This document shows positions 49,193-59,447 of a DNA stretch of 64,000 bases, piece by piece (position 1 is the stretch's first letter; each line of letters begins with the position of its first letter). The stretch spans positions 19,192-83,191 of the forward strand of contig CACZKM010000006.1 in the NCBI GenBank assembly GCA_902781745.1. The letters are read 5' to 3'. Both the position numbers and the translations under genes were made by a program. The notes below the pieces were generated by a model that saw nothing but the letters and a program-made list of their open reading frames with translations, was not told the DNA's origin and did not search any database. Source of the DNA: Oscillospiraceae bacterium (GTDB lineage: Bacteria > Bacillota > Clostridia > Oscillospirales > Oscillospiraceae).

Positions 49193-50179
49193 ATGAAAGT
49201 CGAACACGTCAAAGGCAACACCTGGACCCTCATCGACTGGGAGTACATCCCCTTTTACAAGGTGGACGAGTCCCACTGCATCCTCCTGGACACCGGCACC
49301 CACGAGCAGCGGGAGGACCTGGAAAACACCCTCCTGGACCTGGGCCTTACCCCCATCGGCATGGTGGGCAGCCACGCCCACATCGACCACATGGGGTCCT
49401 TCGGCTATTTCCAGCGGAAGTACGGGGCCAAGCTGGCCCTGACCCTGGGGGAGGCGGGGCAAATTTACTCCCATATCGGCCTCCACCTGCAATACAGCAA
49501 CCTGGCTCTGGAGGAGTTCCCCAAATACCCCGAGCTCTACACCGCTCCCTGCCTGCCGGACATCATCGTGCTGCCCGGGGAGGAGGAGGTTGAGGTCTGC
49601 GGGGTGACCTTCGGCCTCATCCGCACCCCGGGCCACACGGTGGACCATGTGTGTATCCGCACCCCGGACAACGTCCTCTACCTGGGGGACGCCATGATGA
49701 CCGGGCGGACCCTCCACCGGTCCAAGTTCCCCTATGCCTTCGACGTAGGGGTGTATCTAGACTCCCTGGGCAAGCTGCGGATGGCTGAGGCGGACAAGTT
49801 CATCGTGGCCCATCAGGGGGTCTATGATGAAATTCTCCCCTTCATCGACCTGGAGCTCCGGTTCATGACCACCCGGATGGTGGAGCTGCTGGACCTGGTG
49901 CCCCCCGGCGGCTTCACCACCCCCAAACTGATGACCCAGGCCATGTGCCGGAAGTACCGCATCCACTCCGAGAGCGTGCGGACCATGGCCTACTACGAGA
50001 GCGCCGGGGGCATCTACATCCACTATCTGGTGGGCCAGGGGTATCTGGAGTCCTACGTGGAGGAGGACCAGATCCGTTACCGCCTGACCCAGCTGGCCCG
50101 GGACCGGGACAAACCAAAAGGCGACGGCCTGCCCAAGGCGGGGCTGTTCGGGGCGCTGCCTATGGAAGAAAACAAATAA
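49193..50179 (+). CDS. MBL-fold metallo-hydrolase
   Basis: LLDTG, SHAHIDH, TPGHT, GDA, AH; bidirectional terminator 50183-50230. Confidence 0.88.
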   Translation: MKVEHVKGNTWTLIDWEYIPFYKVDESHCILLDTGTHEQREDLENTLLDLGLTPIGMVGSHAHIDHMGSFGYFQRKYGAKLALTLGEAGQIYSHIGLHLQYSNLALEEFPKYPELYTAPCLPDIIVLPGEEEVEVCGVTFGLIRTPGHTVDHVCIRTPDNVLYLGDAMMTGRTLHRSKFPYAFDVGVYLDSLGKLRMAEADKFIVAHQGVYDEILPFIDLELRFMTTRMVELLDLVPPGGFTTPKLMTQAMCRKYRIHSESVRTMAYYESAGGIYIHYLVGQGYLESYVEEDQIRYRLTQLARDRDKPKGDGLPKAGLFGALPMEENK

Positions 50180-50236
50180 AAAAAACGAGACTGTCTCACC
50201 GCTTTGGTCAGACAGTCTCGTTCTCTTTTTGTCGCT

Positions 50237-52414
50237 TTATTCCTCCTCGTCCGTGGGCAGGGGGATACCGGGCTGATTAGTGAGGGTAAAGACCCACACC
50301 GCCTTCTCCGCCATGTCGTCCCGCTGGTCGGAGAAGTCCATCCAGCTCAGCCACAGCTCATCGTCCAGGTGGTAGAGGCGATAGCCCACATCCTCGCCCT
50401 GCCCATTCAGGACTGCGATCATATCCCGGGACCCATAGCCCGTCAGATCGATAGCCCCGCCGTCTCGGGTGAGGATCTCGTCCGGGGTCTCTCTCTGCTG
50501 GTAGGTGGGATTGACACAATCCTCCATTTGGGGCCAGGCGGAGCTGAGGGCGTGGGTCATCTGCACGGAAAACAGGTCTCGGGCGATGGTCACGGTCCCG
50601 ATATACCCGGGGGTATCCCGCCACAGCATATCGTCGGAGAGGTACAGGGCCTCCCCCAGGGAGTACCGGGTGGTCTCCCCGGTGGCCGGGGTGTCCGTCA
50701 GGGTCCCCAGCGCCTCCCGATAGGCGTCGTAGAGCATCCGGAAGGTCCCCTGGGTCACGGGCTTCTGCACCCCCAACTGGACCCCGGCGCTACCCAACAC
50801 CTGATCTTCACCGCCCACTCCGGGGACCAAATAATCCCAGTGGAAGAAGGAGGCGTTGTCCACCAGGGCGGTGAACAGGATGCCCACCTGGTGAAGATAC
50901 TGGTCGTTGTCGGCCCGGTCCCGGTCGGTTTCGGGATAGTTCTCCAGGTGGAGGGTGACGCCGTAGGGCTCCTCCTCCGTCTGCAGCTCCATGGTATAGG
51001 GCCCCACCACCTGGCTGACGTTCAGGGCCTCCAAAATCTCCCCGTCGGCGATGTGGTTGCCGATGTAGGCATTCCGGAGGTCATACAGCGCGTCGGCCCG
51101 GTCCTTGATCAGATATTGGTCCAGCTTGTCCCGCCACCGGACATAATCCGGGTCGTCCTTCAGCCCCGTCAGGGTGATCCCCTTCCGAGGGGAGGTCCAG
51201 CCCATGGTGTCGTGGTTGATCCGTACCAGGGTCATCTCCCGGTCCAGGGAGGAGGTGAGGTAGAACATCGTGCCGCCCCGCTGGTCGGAGAGGACCAGGT
51301 CACCCGGCGCGGGGAGGTAGCTGTCCAGGTCGTTGAAGTCCTCGTCGTCGTACTGGCGGATCAGGAGGATGACGTCATGGGCCAGGTGCTCCGGCAGGTC
51401 CACCGGGACCCCCTGGTCCAGGATCTGCGCCCGGGTCATCTTCACCCCGTCGATCTGGTCGCTGCGCTCTCCGGGGTTGGCCAGAAGGAGGGCCCCCACC
51501 GCCACGCACACCGCCGCCGCCAGGATCACCACCAGGATGTGGGGCCGCTTGAAGTCCATGACATGGCGGATGCGGCCCTTGGCATCCTGCTCCCCGAAGG
51601 CCAGGGGGACGGCCTGGGGCCCTCTCCCCCGCCGGCCCAGATGGAGAAGGGCGGCGGCGTAGCCCGCGGTGTCGGCCCGGTCAAAGCGCCGGATGACCTC
51701 CTGGTCGCAGGCGGTCTCCACGTCCCGGCTGTAGAGGACGAAGGCCAGCCACAGCACGGGGTTGAACCAGTGGACCGACAAGGCCAGCCAGGCCAGGGGC
51801 TTGTCGATGTGGTCCAGCCGGGCGATATGGGCCCGCTCGTGAAGTAGGACGTATTTCCTGTCGGCCTCGGGCAGGCCCACAGGCAGGTAGATGCGGGGCT
51901 TGAAGAAGCCGCAGACGAAGGGACTGTCGATTTGGTCGGTCTCGTAGATGTTGCCCTCTACCCGCACCGCGTCGGCGATCCGCCGCCGGAGGGCGTCGTA
52001 GGACAGAGCGGCCCAGAGAAGCATCCCCGCAGCCCCGGCGGCCCAAACTCGGAAATAGACGCCATACACATCCAGTGCCCGAACGGTCTCCGTTGGCTCC
52101 ATCACCGGCTCCCCGGCCTCGTCCAGGACGGTGGTCTCCGTGCCGAAGTCATTGACCTCCGTGACAGGCCGCTGCTCGGCCACATAGCCTGTCACCGTGG
52201 GGACCAGCCCCTGGGGCTCCTCGGGGATGAGGCTCACAGGCAGCGTAATGCTCACCGGGCAGACCATCCGCAGGAAAACCACCAGCCACAGGCCGCAGAT
52301 CACCCACCGGGGGACCTTTCGGTTCAGCGCCAGCCGCAGAGCCATCACCACCAGGGCGGCCACGGCGGCAGTCCAGGTCATGTGGAAGAGGGTTTGACAG
52401 AATGTCTGGAACAT
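50237..52414 (-). CDS. BlaR1/MecR1-like M56 metallopeptidase sensor with DUF4825-like extracellular domain
   Basis: PRIYLP, LLHERAH, HWFNP, DVETACD; LRNAYIGN...PYGVTL motif. Confidence 0.9.
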   Translation of the reverse strand: MFQTFCQTLFHMTWTAAVAALVVMALRLALNRKVPRWVICGLWLVVFLRMVCPVSITLPVSLIPEEPQGLVPTVTGYVAEQRPVTEVNDFGTETTVLDEAGEPVMEPTETVRALDVYGVYFRVWAAGAAGMLLWAALSYDALRRRIADAVRVEGNIYETDQIDSPFVCGFFKPRIYLPVGLPEADRKYVLLHERAHIARLDHIDKPLAWLALSVHWFNPVLWLAFVLYSRDVETACDQEVIRRFDRADTAGYAAALLHLGRRGRGPQAVPLAFGEQDAKGRIRHVMDFKRPHILVVILAAAVCVAVGALLLANPGERSDQIDGVKMTRAQILDQGVPVDLPEHLAHDVILLIRQYDDEDFNDLDSYLPAPGDLVLSDQRGGTMFYLTSSLDREMTLVRINHDTMGWTSPRKGITLTGLKDDPDYVRWRDKLDQYLIKDRADALYDLRNAYIGNHIADGEILEALNVSQVVGPYTMELQTEEEPYGVTLHLENYPETDRDRADNDQYLHQVGILFTALVDNASFFHWDYLVPGVGGEDQVLGSAGVQLGVQKPVTQGTFRMLYDAYREALGTLTDTPATGETTRYSLGEALYLSDDMLWRDTPGYIGTVTIARDLFSVQMTHALSSAWPQMEDCVNPTYQQRETPDEILTRDGGAIDLTGYGSRDMIAVLNGQGEDVGYRLYHLDDELWLSWMDFSDQRDDMAEKAVWVFTLTNQPGIPLPTDEEE

Positions 52415-52511
52415 ATCGCCAGCTCCTTTCTTCTCAGGATGGGACAGGCGGGTATTTCATTCTCTCTGTATTGTACACCATCTGTGTCTGTCCGCACAAC
52501 AGGAATTCCCG

Positions 52512-53798
52512 TCAGTTCACGGTTTCCAGGTCCATGGCCTCCGGGCTCCCGTTGGGCCAGTCGGGAAGGGTCGTCTTGGTTTCCAGGGGCACGGAGAAGA
52601 AGGGGGCCAGGGACAGGATCTTCACATCCTCCCGGAACCGGATGGACCGGAGGATGCCGTCGATCTGTGCCTGCATTTTCAGGTAGTTCTTAGGGTTGTC
52701 CTCGTCGTAGTAGGAGAACTTGAACCCGTCCTCGAACTCCGTCTCTGGATAGATCACGTACAGGTCCATCTTTCCCTGGGGGGTCTGGACGGTGCACAGC
52801 CGCCCGGACTGTCCGGTGACGGCGTCGGGGAGCCGCTCCAGGTTCCCGAAGTTATCGGAGCCCTTCCCCACGGGCCAGAGGGTCAGGGTGAAAAGCATCC
52901 CCAAACTGGACCGGGGCTCCTGGTTGGACAGGTCCCAAAAGATCATGCTGAAGGCGTTGGGCACCCCCTCATAGCCGGCGATGCTGGCACTGTAGCCTCC
53001 CATCCACCGTTCGGGGATGGCCAGGGAGAGGACACTGCCGTCCCAGGGCGTCACCCGGACGGCGGCGGTGTCAGCGCCGTCCAGATAGGTCCGGCAGAAC
53101 CGGGACAGGAAGACCGCCACCTCCGCCCGGGTCGCGGGGTCCTCCACGCAGAACTTGAAGACGCTGCCCCCCTGGGGGTCGATCCCCGGGATTCTCCGCC
53201 GGGTGAGGAAATCCTGCTCCGCCGCCCAGACCACGGCGTCCTCCGCCCAGTGACTCACGGAGCGCCCCGCGGGGACCACCCTGGTATAACTGCCTGTTTC
53301 GGTCTCCACCAGGGTAAGCGTCTGGATGTCCGCCTCCTCGGCAAGGATGGCGGGGTTGGGGGGGAAGGTCACGTCATAGCCCTGCCCCCGGGCCCAGCGG
53401 TAGAAGAGGACGGCCATCTGCTCCCGGGTCACGGGCTCGTCAGGGCCAAAGAGGTTGTTGCCCACCCCCTCGGTGACCCGGTGCTCGTTGGCCCAGGCCA
53501 CGGCATAGGAATACCACTGGACCTGGTCCACGTCAGAAAAGGGGATGGGGGTCTTGACCATAGGCTGGCCCGCCAGCCGCCAGAGGATGGTCACCATCAT
53601 AGCCCGAGTGAGGGTGCCGTCAGGGGAAAATCGGTTGTTTCCGGTGCCCTTGAGGAGGTCCCGCTGCCGGGCGTCGTTCACCGACCAGGCGTACCAGGCG
53701 TCGGGAGCCACGTCGGAATACCCCGCCGCCAGAGCGGACAGGGGGAGGCAGGCCGCCGCCAAAAGGGCAGCCAAGAGCAAAGCGCAAAGTCGTTTCAT
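52512..53798 (-). CDS. SLH-domain surface protein
   Basis: Signal peptide; YSDV..WY, FSPDGTLTRAM, VTREQ, ATRAE. Confidence 0.9.
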   Translation of the reverse strand: MKRLCALLLAALLAAACLPLSALAAGYSDVAPDAWYAWSVNDARQRDLLKGTGNNRFSPDGTLTRAMMVTILWRLAGQPMVKTPIPFSDVDQVQWYSYAVAWANEHRVTEGVGNNLFGPDEPVTREQMAVLFYRWARGQGYDVTFPPNPAILAEEADIQTLTLVETETGSYTRVVPAGRSVSHWAEDAVVWAAEQDFLTRRRIPGIDPQGGSVFKFCVEDPATRAEVAVFLSRFCRTYLDGADTAAVRVTPWDGSVLSLAIPERWMGGYSASIAGYEGVPNAFSMIFWDLSNQEPRSSLGMLFTLTLWPVGKGSDNFGNLERLPDAVTGQSGRLCTVQTPQGKMDLYVIYPETEFEDGFKFSYYDEDNPKNYLKMQAQIDGILRSIRFREDVKILSLAPFFSVPLETKTTLPDWPNGSPEAMDLETVN

Positions 53799-53799
53799 G

Positions 53800-56778
53800 T
53801 CAGGTCTCTCCTTCCGGTGGGGGGAATGTCAGGTCCAGGCTCTCCGGCATGGCGGTGCGGTCCGTCCCCTCTTGGGGGAATGCCTCGGAGACGGGGAGCT
53901 CGGTCACGTCCTGAAGGTGGGGGGACGGGGGCTCCCCCTGGGTCTGCCCGGTCACCGTTCCCCCGGAGACCGCCGGAGCAGAACTGGAAGCGGCGGTCCG
54001 GGCGGTCTGGGTCCGGGGGGCGGTTGTCTGGGCCGGACGGGCAGCCGCTGAGGTCTGGGCCGCCTGGCTCTGGCGGTCAGCGCCGTCAGGGGGCGTGTAG
54101 GTCCCGCTGATGACCTTGAAGGGCGGTCCGGCGGCGGGGGAACGGTCGTTGAAGAGGGCCACGAAGCCGTCCTCGTCCAGGGGAGAACTGTTGGTCAGGT
54201 CCACCTCCAGTTCCACACCGTCTTTGGTAATGTAGACCACCCGGTCCACATCGTCCACATCCTTCAAAACGGTCTGGAGCAGTCTGGAGGCGCTTGCAAG
54301 ATAGGTTCGGACCAGTTCTGCGGCGGCTTCGCTGTCGTTTTCCAGGTCGATCTGGGCCAGGTTCAGGCGGAGGGTGCCGCCCTCCCAGGCGTCCAAGGGG
54401 TCCTCCCCCTCCAGGACGAGGTAAAAGCCCAGATGAGCCAGCACCACCTGAAGCCGTTCCTCCCGGGACCAACTGTTCATTTCCGGGTCAGTGCACTGGG
54501 CGTAGACCTGGTGGGGCCATTCCTCCGTCAGCCATTGCCTGGCGTGGTCCTGCCAGGCCAGGAAGTCCGCCAACCTCCCCAGGCCGGGGATCAGGGCGAC
54601 CTGCTGGGCCCTGCCGTCGTTGAGCACGCCCAGGCCGTCGGAGAAGACGTACAGCCCTACGCTCCCCTCTTTGGCTGTCAGGATGGCCATATCGCTGGCC
54701 CCAGCCAGGGGGAGCAGGTCGCCGTGGCCAGCCAGCCGGTCTTCCTCACTCACGGGGCGGTAGTCCTCGTGGGGATGGGCCCGGAGGACTGACAGGAATT
54801 CCCTGGTCAGGTCCTCGGGGAGGATGACATTCTGGCTGCCCCGCCCGTAGCGGTAAACGGGGAGTGTGACGTCATCAATGGTCTTTCCGTCCAGTTGGAG
54901 CTGTCCGTCCCCGGCGGAGGCGGTCACGCCCACCCCGTCGAAGCCGTTGACGTACCAGTCGATAAACTCCTCCCGGCTGGGCTTGTCCTCCAGGATGAGG
55001 GTGACGCTGGGGCCGGGGATACCGGTGGGATAGATGTAGTCGATCTCGTCAATGGTATCCACCAGAGCGATGGTGCGGAGGGAGGCCTCCCGGAGGTACT
55101 GGTCAAAGACCTGTTCAAAAATCGCCGGGTCCGTGTAGGGGGCCCCCTCCTGGATGCGGACGGTGAGGGTGCGGTCTTCCTGGGTGATCACCGCCTCGGA
55201 GGACGTGGGGTAGATCTGGCGGATCCCGGTGTAAAAGAGCACGCCCCGGGGGCTCCGGTCGATCTGCCGGAGAGCAGTCCCCTCCTGGCTCAGGTCGTAC
55301 ATCTCCCCCGCCCAGTCTGTGGTCATGCACTGATCCACATGGGCTGCCCAGGTCTGGAAGGCCTCGCTGTCCTTGACGTCGGGATAGAGCAGGTAGGTGT
55401 CGTGATCGCTGTCGGCCCAGAGCACCGTGCCGTTGCCCCAGCCGTACAGCACGGCGTTCTCCCCGCTTGTTTCGAAGCACTGCACCACCCGGATATCTCC
55501 CATCAGGTTTTCCTCTCTGCCGTCCCAGCCCGCCAGGGCCGGGTCCTGTTCGATGGATTCCTGGTCATGGTAGGTCCGGCACTCCGCCCCCTCCAGCACC
55601 GTCACCATCTCCTCCGTCAGGGCAAAGGGGAGGGTGAAGGCCCGCTGGCCGGGGCTGCCGTCCGTGACAGTGAACAGCGTCTCATAGGCGTCGGCAAACT
55701 GGATCGTCGTCCCGGCAAACTCCACTTCCGTGGTCTCCTCCCTGGCCGGGCCGTTGAAGGCGATGAGCATCCCCACCGCCGCACACAGGGCCACCACCAG
55801 GACCGCCACCCATTTGGCGGGCTTCTGATAGGCCAGCACGGCCTTGATCCGCCCCTTGGCGTTCTCCTCCCCGAAGGGGAGCACCGCCTGGGGCACTCTC
55901 TCCCGCCGGCCCAGGTGGTACAGGGCGGCGGCGTAGCCCGCGGTGTCCTCCCGGCGGGTGGCCGGGTCAAAGCCGTCAATGACCTTCTGGTCGCAGACCG
56001 CCTCCACGTCCCGGCACAGCAGGCGATAGGCCAGCCACAGGACGGGGTTGAACCAGTGGAGGGACAGGGCGATCCAGGCCACGGCCTTGAGCACGGCGTC
56101 GTACCGCTCCGCATGGGCCTGCTCGTGGAGGAGGACGTACTTCCGGTCCTCCTCTGCCAGCCCCACCGGGAGATAGATGTTCGTCCCCAGAACGAAGGGG
56201 GTGTCGATGGCGTCGGTCTCGTAGGCCTCCCAGACGTCCCCGGACTCCGTCCGCACCGCGTCGGCCACCCGGCGGCGGACCCGAAGGTATGCGGTCAGGG
56301 ACCACAGAAGCATCCCCGCCGTGCCCGCCAGCCAGATCACGGGGATAAGCTTACCGGGGGTGATGGGGGGCGGCGCGTGCTTCTCCACGCCGGAGTCGGC
56401 TGCCTCCGCGGCGGGCATGGGCCCGGCCAGGGCGCCGTCCCCGTTGGCGGGCAGGTCCGCGGTCTGGTAGGCGGGCTCCGCCGGGGACAGGCTGTCCGCG
56501 CCTCCGGCCTCCAGGATGACCTCCGCCGCCCGGCCGCTGCTCACCGCCTCGGGGATGAGGCTGACGAAGCCCTCGCCGTAGCCGAAGGGGGAGAGCATCC
56601 GCACCAGGACCAGAAGCCATAGGAACATCATGTACTTCCGGGGGACCTTGCGGAGAACCAGCCGCAGGACCATCACCGCCAGGGCGGCGACGGACGCGGA
56701 CAGGGTCATGGTCAGCAGGGTGGGGGTCACCCCGCTCAGGCGGTCCAGAAGGACCGCAAAGAAATCAAAACCGTTCAT
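53800..56778 (-). CDS. BlaR1/MecR1-like M56 metallopeptidase sensor with duplicated extracellular modules
   Basis: IYLPVGL, LLHEQAH, HWFNP, DVEAVCD, PFGEENAKGRI; RBS GAGGAGG. Confidence 0.9.
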   Translation of the reverse strand: MNGFDFFAVLLDRLSGVTPTLLTMTLSASVAALAVMVLRLVLRKVPRKYMMFLWLLVLVRMLSPFGYGEGFVSLIPEAVSSGRAAEVILEAGGADSLSPAEPAYQTADLPANGDGALAGPMPAAEAADSGVEKHAPPPITPGKLIPVIWLAGTAGMLLWSLTAYLRVRRRVADAVRTESGDVWEAYETDAIDTPFVLGTNIYLPVGLAEEDRKYVLLHEQAHAERYDAVLKAVAWIALSLHWFNPVLWLAYRLLCRDVEAVCDQKVIDGFDPATRREDTAGYAAALYHLGRRERVPQAVLPFGEENAKGRIKAVLAYQKPAKWVAVLVVALCAAVGMLIAFNGPAREETTEVEFAGTTIQFADAYETLFTVTDGSPGQRAFTLPFALTEEMVTVLEGAECRTYHDQESIEQDPALAGWDGREENLMGDIRVVQCFETSGENAVLYGWGNGTVLWADSDHDTYLLYPDVKDSEAFQTWAAHVDQCMTTDWAGEMYDLSQEGTALRQIDRSPRGVLFYTGIRQIYPTSSEAVITQEDRTLTVRIQEGAPYTDPAIFEQVFDQYLREASLRTIALVDTIDEIDYIYPTGIPGPSVTLILEDKPSREEFIDWYVNGFDGVGVTASAGDGQLQLDGKTIDDVTLPVYRYGRGSQNVILPEDLTREFLSVLRAHPHEDYRPVSEEDRLAGHGDLLPLAGASDMAILTAKEGSVGLYVFSDGLGVLNDGRAQQVALIPGLGRLADFLAWQDHARQWLTEEWPHQVYAQCTDPEMNSWSREERLQVVLAHLGFYLVLEGEDPLDAWEGGTLRLNLAQIDLENDSEAAAELVRTYLASASRLLQTVLKDVDDVDRVVYITKDGVELEVDLTNSSPLDEDGFVALFNDRSPAAGPPFKVISGTYTPPDGADRQSQAAQTSAAARPAQTTAPRTQTARTAASSSAPAVSGGTVTGQTQGEPPSPHLQDVTELPVSEAFPQEGTDRTAMPESLDLTFPPPEGET

Positions 56779-56817
56779 AGCTGCCTCCTCTTTTCTTTCT
56801 CTCTTTGGCAACCGATG

Positions 56818-57186
56818 TTACTTTTTCTTGCGATACTCCTCCAGCATCCGCTCGATCTCGGCGGCGTCGCTGTCGCTGACCTGGCCCGCCCGGAGGAAGG
56901 CCGCCAGAAAGGAGGGCAGGGAGCCCCCGAAGGAGCGGTCCAGGACCTCCCGCCCGTCGGCCTGCCGGACCTCGTCCCGCTCCACCAGGGCGGTGACGAT
57001 GGTGGCCTCATTTTGCAGTACGCCCTTGTCGCACAGGCGCTTGAGGACGGTGTAGGTGGTGGTGCGCTTCCAGCCCAGGGCGGCCTCCGCCGCCTTGCAA
57101 AGCTGGGGGGAGGGGATGGGCTGGTTGTCCCACACCAGGTCCAGGAGCCGGTGGTCGGCCAGGGTCAGGTTGGTCTTTTTTTCCAT
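56818..57186 (-). CDS. BlaI/MecI/CopY family transcriptional repressor
   Basis: LVW...GWKRTTTYTVLKRLCDKG...SFGGSLPSFLAAF. Confidence 0.95.
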   Translation of the reverse strand: MEKKTNLTLADHRLLDLVWDNQPIPSPQLCKAAEAALGWKRTTTYTVLKRLCDKGVLQNEATIVTALVERDEVRQADGREVLDRSFGGSLPSFLAAFLRAGQVSDSDAAEIERMLEEYRKKK

Positions 57187-57199
57187 GGGTCATACCTCC

Positions 57200-57261
57200 A
57201 GTCGAGATAATTAGACTATCCTCGTCGGATGTAGTCTAACATATTAGACTGGCTGTGTCAA
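57200..57261 (-). promoter_or_regulatory. blaI-like promoter with two operator palindromes
   Basis: TTGACA-N17-(TGT)TAGACT; AGTCTAA-TATG-TTAGACT overlaps the -10 and AGTCTAA-TTAT-CTCGACT lies before the RBS. Confidence 0.8.
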
Positions 57262-57274
57262 TATGGTTTTTTGT

Positions 57275-58495
57275 GGGAGAGGGCGGGGGCTTGTCTTGCC
57301 GTCTGTGATCCGACTATAACCATGTCTGGTTAGAGCGGCGTTGCTGCAAGCAGTACCTATAGAAATACCATCGGATATTCAGCAATCGTTGCGGGGCGGG
57401 CGGGTGACCTCGATCCTGACCGTCTGTAGTCCGACTAGAACCATGGCCGGTTAGGGCGGCGCTGCGACACACAGGACCTACAGAAATACCGTTAAGTATT
57501 CAGCGATCCTTGCTGGGCGGGTGGGGACGTACTATCCTTACCACCTGTACGCCTACTGTTACGCACCAGGTGTAGGGCTGCCGCCCTACCGGGAGTGGCC
57601 TGCCCGGCCAGGTCGAACAGTCCGGGGGACTGTTCGATCAAATCCAAAGCGAAGCCACCTTGATTCTTTCCGGCTTTTCTGGAAAAGCCGGGGGAAAGCA
57701 CCAGGGGCTTCGGCCCCTGGACCCCAGGGGACTCGTTGTGAATCCGCCGGTCGTCGCTCGACACACGCCATGTGATGGCTTGACGTTGCCGCCTGCAACT
57801 GTTTGAGTGTTTGATTGTTGAGCATTGGATTTTGTGGGGGTAGTGGCGTTTTGCTGATTCGTGGGCAGCTTTTGCTTTGTTTGCGGGGTTGCTCAAACCT
57901 CTCGGCCCCCCTTGCCAAGGGGGGCTGGCACGGCGAAGCCGTGACTGGGGGGTGGAGACGTAGGGGAACGGAATATCGTTGCGTATAAGGAGCGATACGT
58001 CCCATCTTCTGTTGCCATGATATCGCTCCCTGCAACGTAGCCACCCTTCCGTCATTTGCTTCGCAAATGCCACCTCCCCTTGGCAAGGGGAGGCAAGAGG
58101 TAGTGCGTCACTTCAACCAACAGCAACTATCCCCCCAAAATCCAAGTCAAATCAACCTAACTTCGATGCGTCGGAGACTGAAAGGCCCCGCACCACAAAA
58201 GAACGGGTGCAGGGCTTAACGAAAGCAAAATATCGAACCGAAGCGAGCGCCCATAAACGGGGGGGTCCAGGGGGGAACCCCCTGGCGTTTTCCCCCGGCT
58301 TTTTCGGAAAAAGCCGGGCCCCGCCCGGGAGGGCGCCCGTCCGGCGAGGACACCCGCAGGCGCACCCACCCGCCCGGCAACGATTGCTGAATACCCAACG
58401 ATATTTCTGTAGGTCCTGCGTGTCGCTACGACGCCCTAACCGACCATGGTTCTGGTCGAACCACAGGCGGCAAGGGAGAGGTCACCCACCCCACC
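57275..58495. mobile_element. Non-autonomous modular palindromic element, copy B (tandem 121-bp terminal units, REP-doublet cassette)
   Basis: 121-bp units start at 57294, 57415 and 57536 (partial), with an inverted copy ending at 58475; arms colinear with copy A; inner IR 57825-57839 / 58131-58145. Confidence 0.75.
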
Positions 58496-58585
58496 AAATC
58501 CCCCGGGAACTTTCCCAAAGAAAGGTTCCCTTTTCCCCCATTCTATGATACAATAGAAAAACTTTCGAAAAGGAGCGTGACCCCC

Positions 58586-59407
58586 ATGTCCACCCCCTTC
58601 ACCGCCTGCGTGGTCCAGCCGGTCCCCGGCCCCTACGACAAGGCGGGCAACCTCAACCGGGCCCTGGCCTGGATGGACGAGGCCGCCGCCCACGGAGCCA
58701 GCCTCATCCTCTTCCCTGAGATGTTCCTCACCGGTTACCTCATCCGGGACAGACTGGCGGAACTCACCGAGCCCCTCCCCGGCGGCGCGGCCGTCACAAC
58801 CCTCCGGGAGAAGGCCAAGGCCCTGTCTCTGGCGGTGGTCATGGGAATGCCTGCGGCGGACCCGGCGGGGGGCAGGCCCCGGAACGCCATGGTCATGATC
58901 GACCGGGACGGGTCCATCGCCCACGTGGCCGCCAAGACCCATATGTTCGGCGGCGAGGAGAAGATGTTCGCCCCGGGCAACGAGCTGAAGGCCTTCGACA
59001 CCTCCTTCGGCCGCATGGGCATCCTGGTGTGCTACGACGGAGAGTTCCCCGAAACCGCCCGGACCCTGGCCCTGGACGGGGCCAAGCTCCTGGTGATGTG
59101 CGCCGCCAACATGACACCCTATGAGGACTACCACCCGGTCTATATGCGGGCCCGGGCCATGGAGAACTGCGCCTACACCCTCTACTGCAACTATGTGGGG
59201 GAGGAAAAGCGGTTCCGCTACTGCGGCCAGAGCGGGGCCTGGCACCCCACGGGCAAGGTCCTGGCCCAGATGGACACCGAAACCGAGGGCCTGTTCTATG
59301 TCCCCGTGGACCTGGCCGAGGCCGATCCCTCCCGGGGCTTCCTCAGTGAGCTGGACTACCTCAACCACCGGCGGCCGGAGATCTACCACCCCGACCTGCG
59401 GAAATGA
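58586..59407 (+). CDS. Carbon-nitrogen hydrolase (nitrilase superfamily)
   Basis: FPEMFLTGY (Glu), KTHM (Lys), VCYDGEFPE (Cys), RAMEN. Confidence 0.92.
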   Translation: MSTPFTACVVQPVPGPYDKAGNLNRALAWMDEAAAHGASLILFPEMFLTGYLIRDRLAELTEPLPGGAAVTTLREKAKALSLAVVMGMPAADPAGGRPRNAMVMIDRDGSIAHVAAKTHMFGGEEKMFAPGNELKAFDTSFGRMGILVCYDGEFPETARTLALDGAKLLVMCAANMTPYEDYHPVYMRARAMENCAYTLYCNYVGEEKRFRYCGQSGAWHPTGKVLAQMDTETEGLFYVPVDLAEADPSRGFLSELDYLNHRRPEIYHPDLRK

Positions 59408-59447
59408 ACCTGAAAAAATTGAATTGATATAAAAGGAGAGTTTACCC

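Noticed and set aside
57294-57590. Tandem repeats as a possible CRISPR array
   Set aside because: Units are 121 bp and similar along their whole length, with no unique spacers and no cas genes
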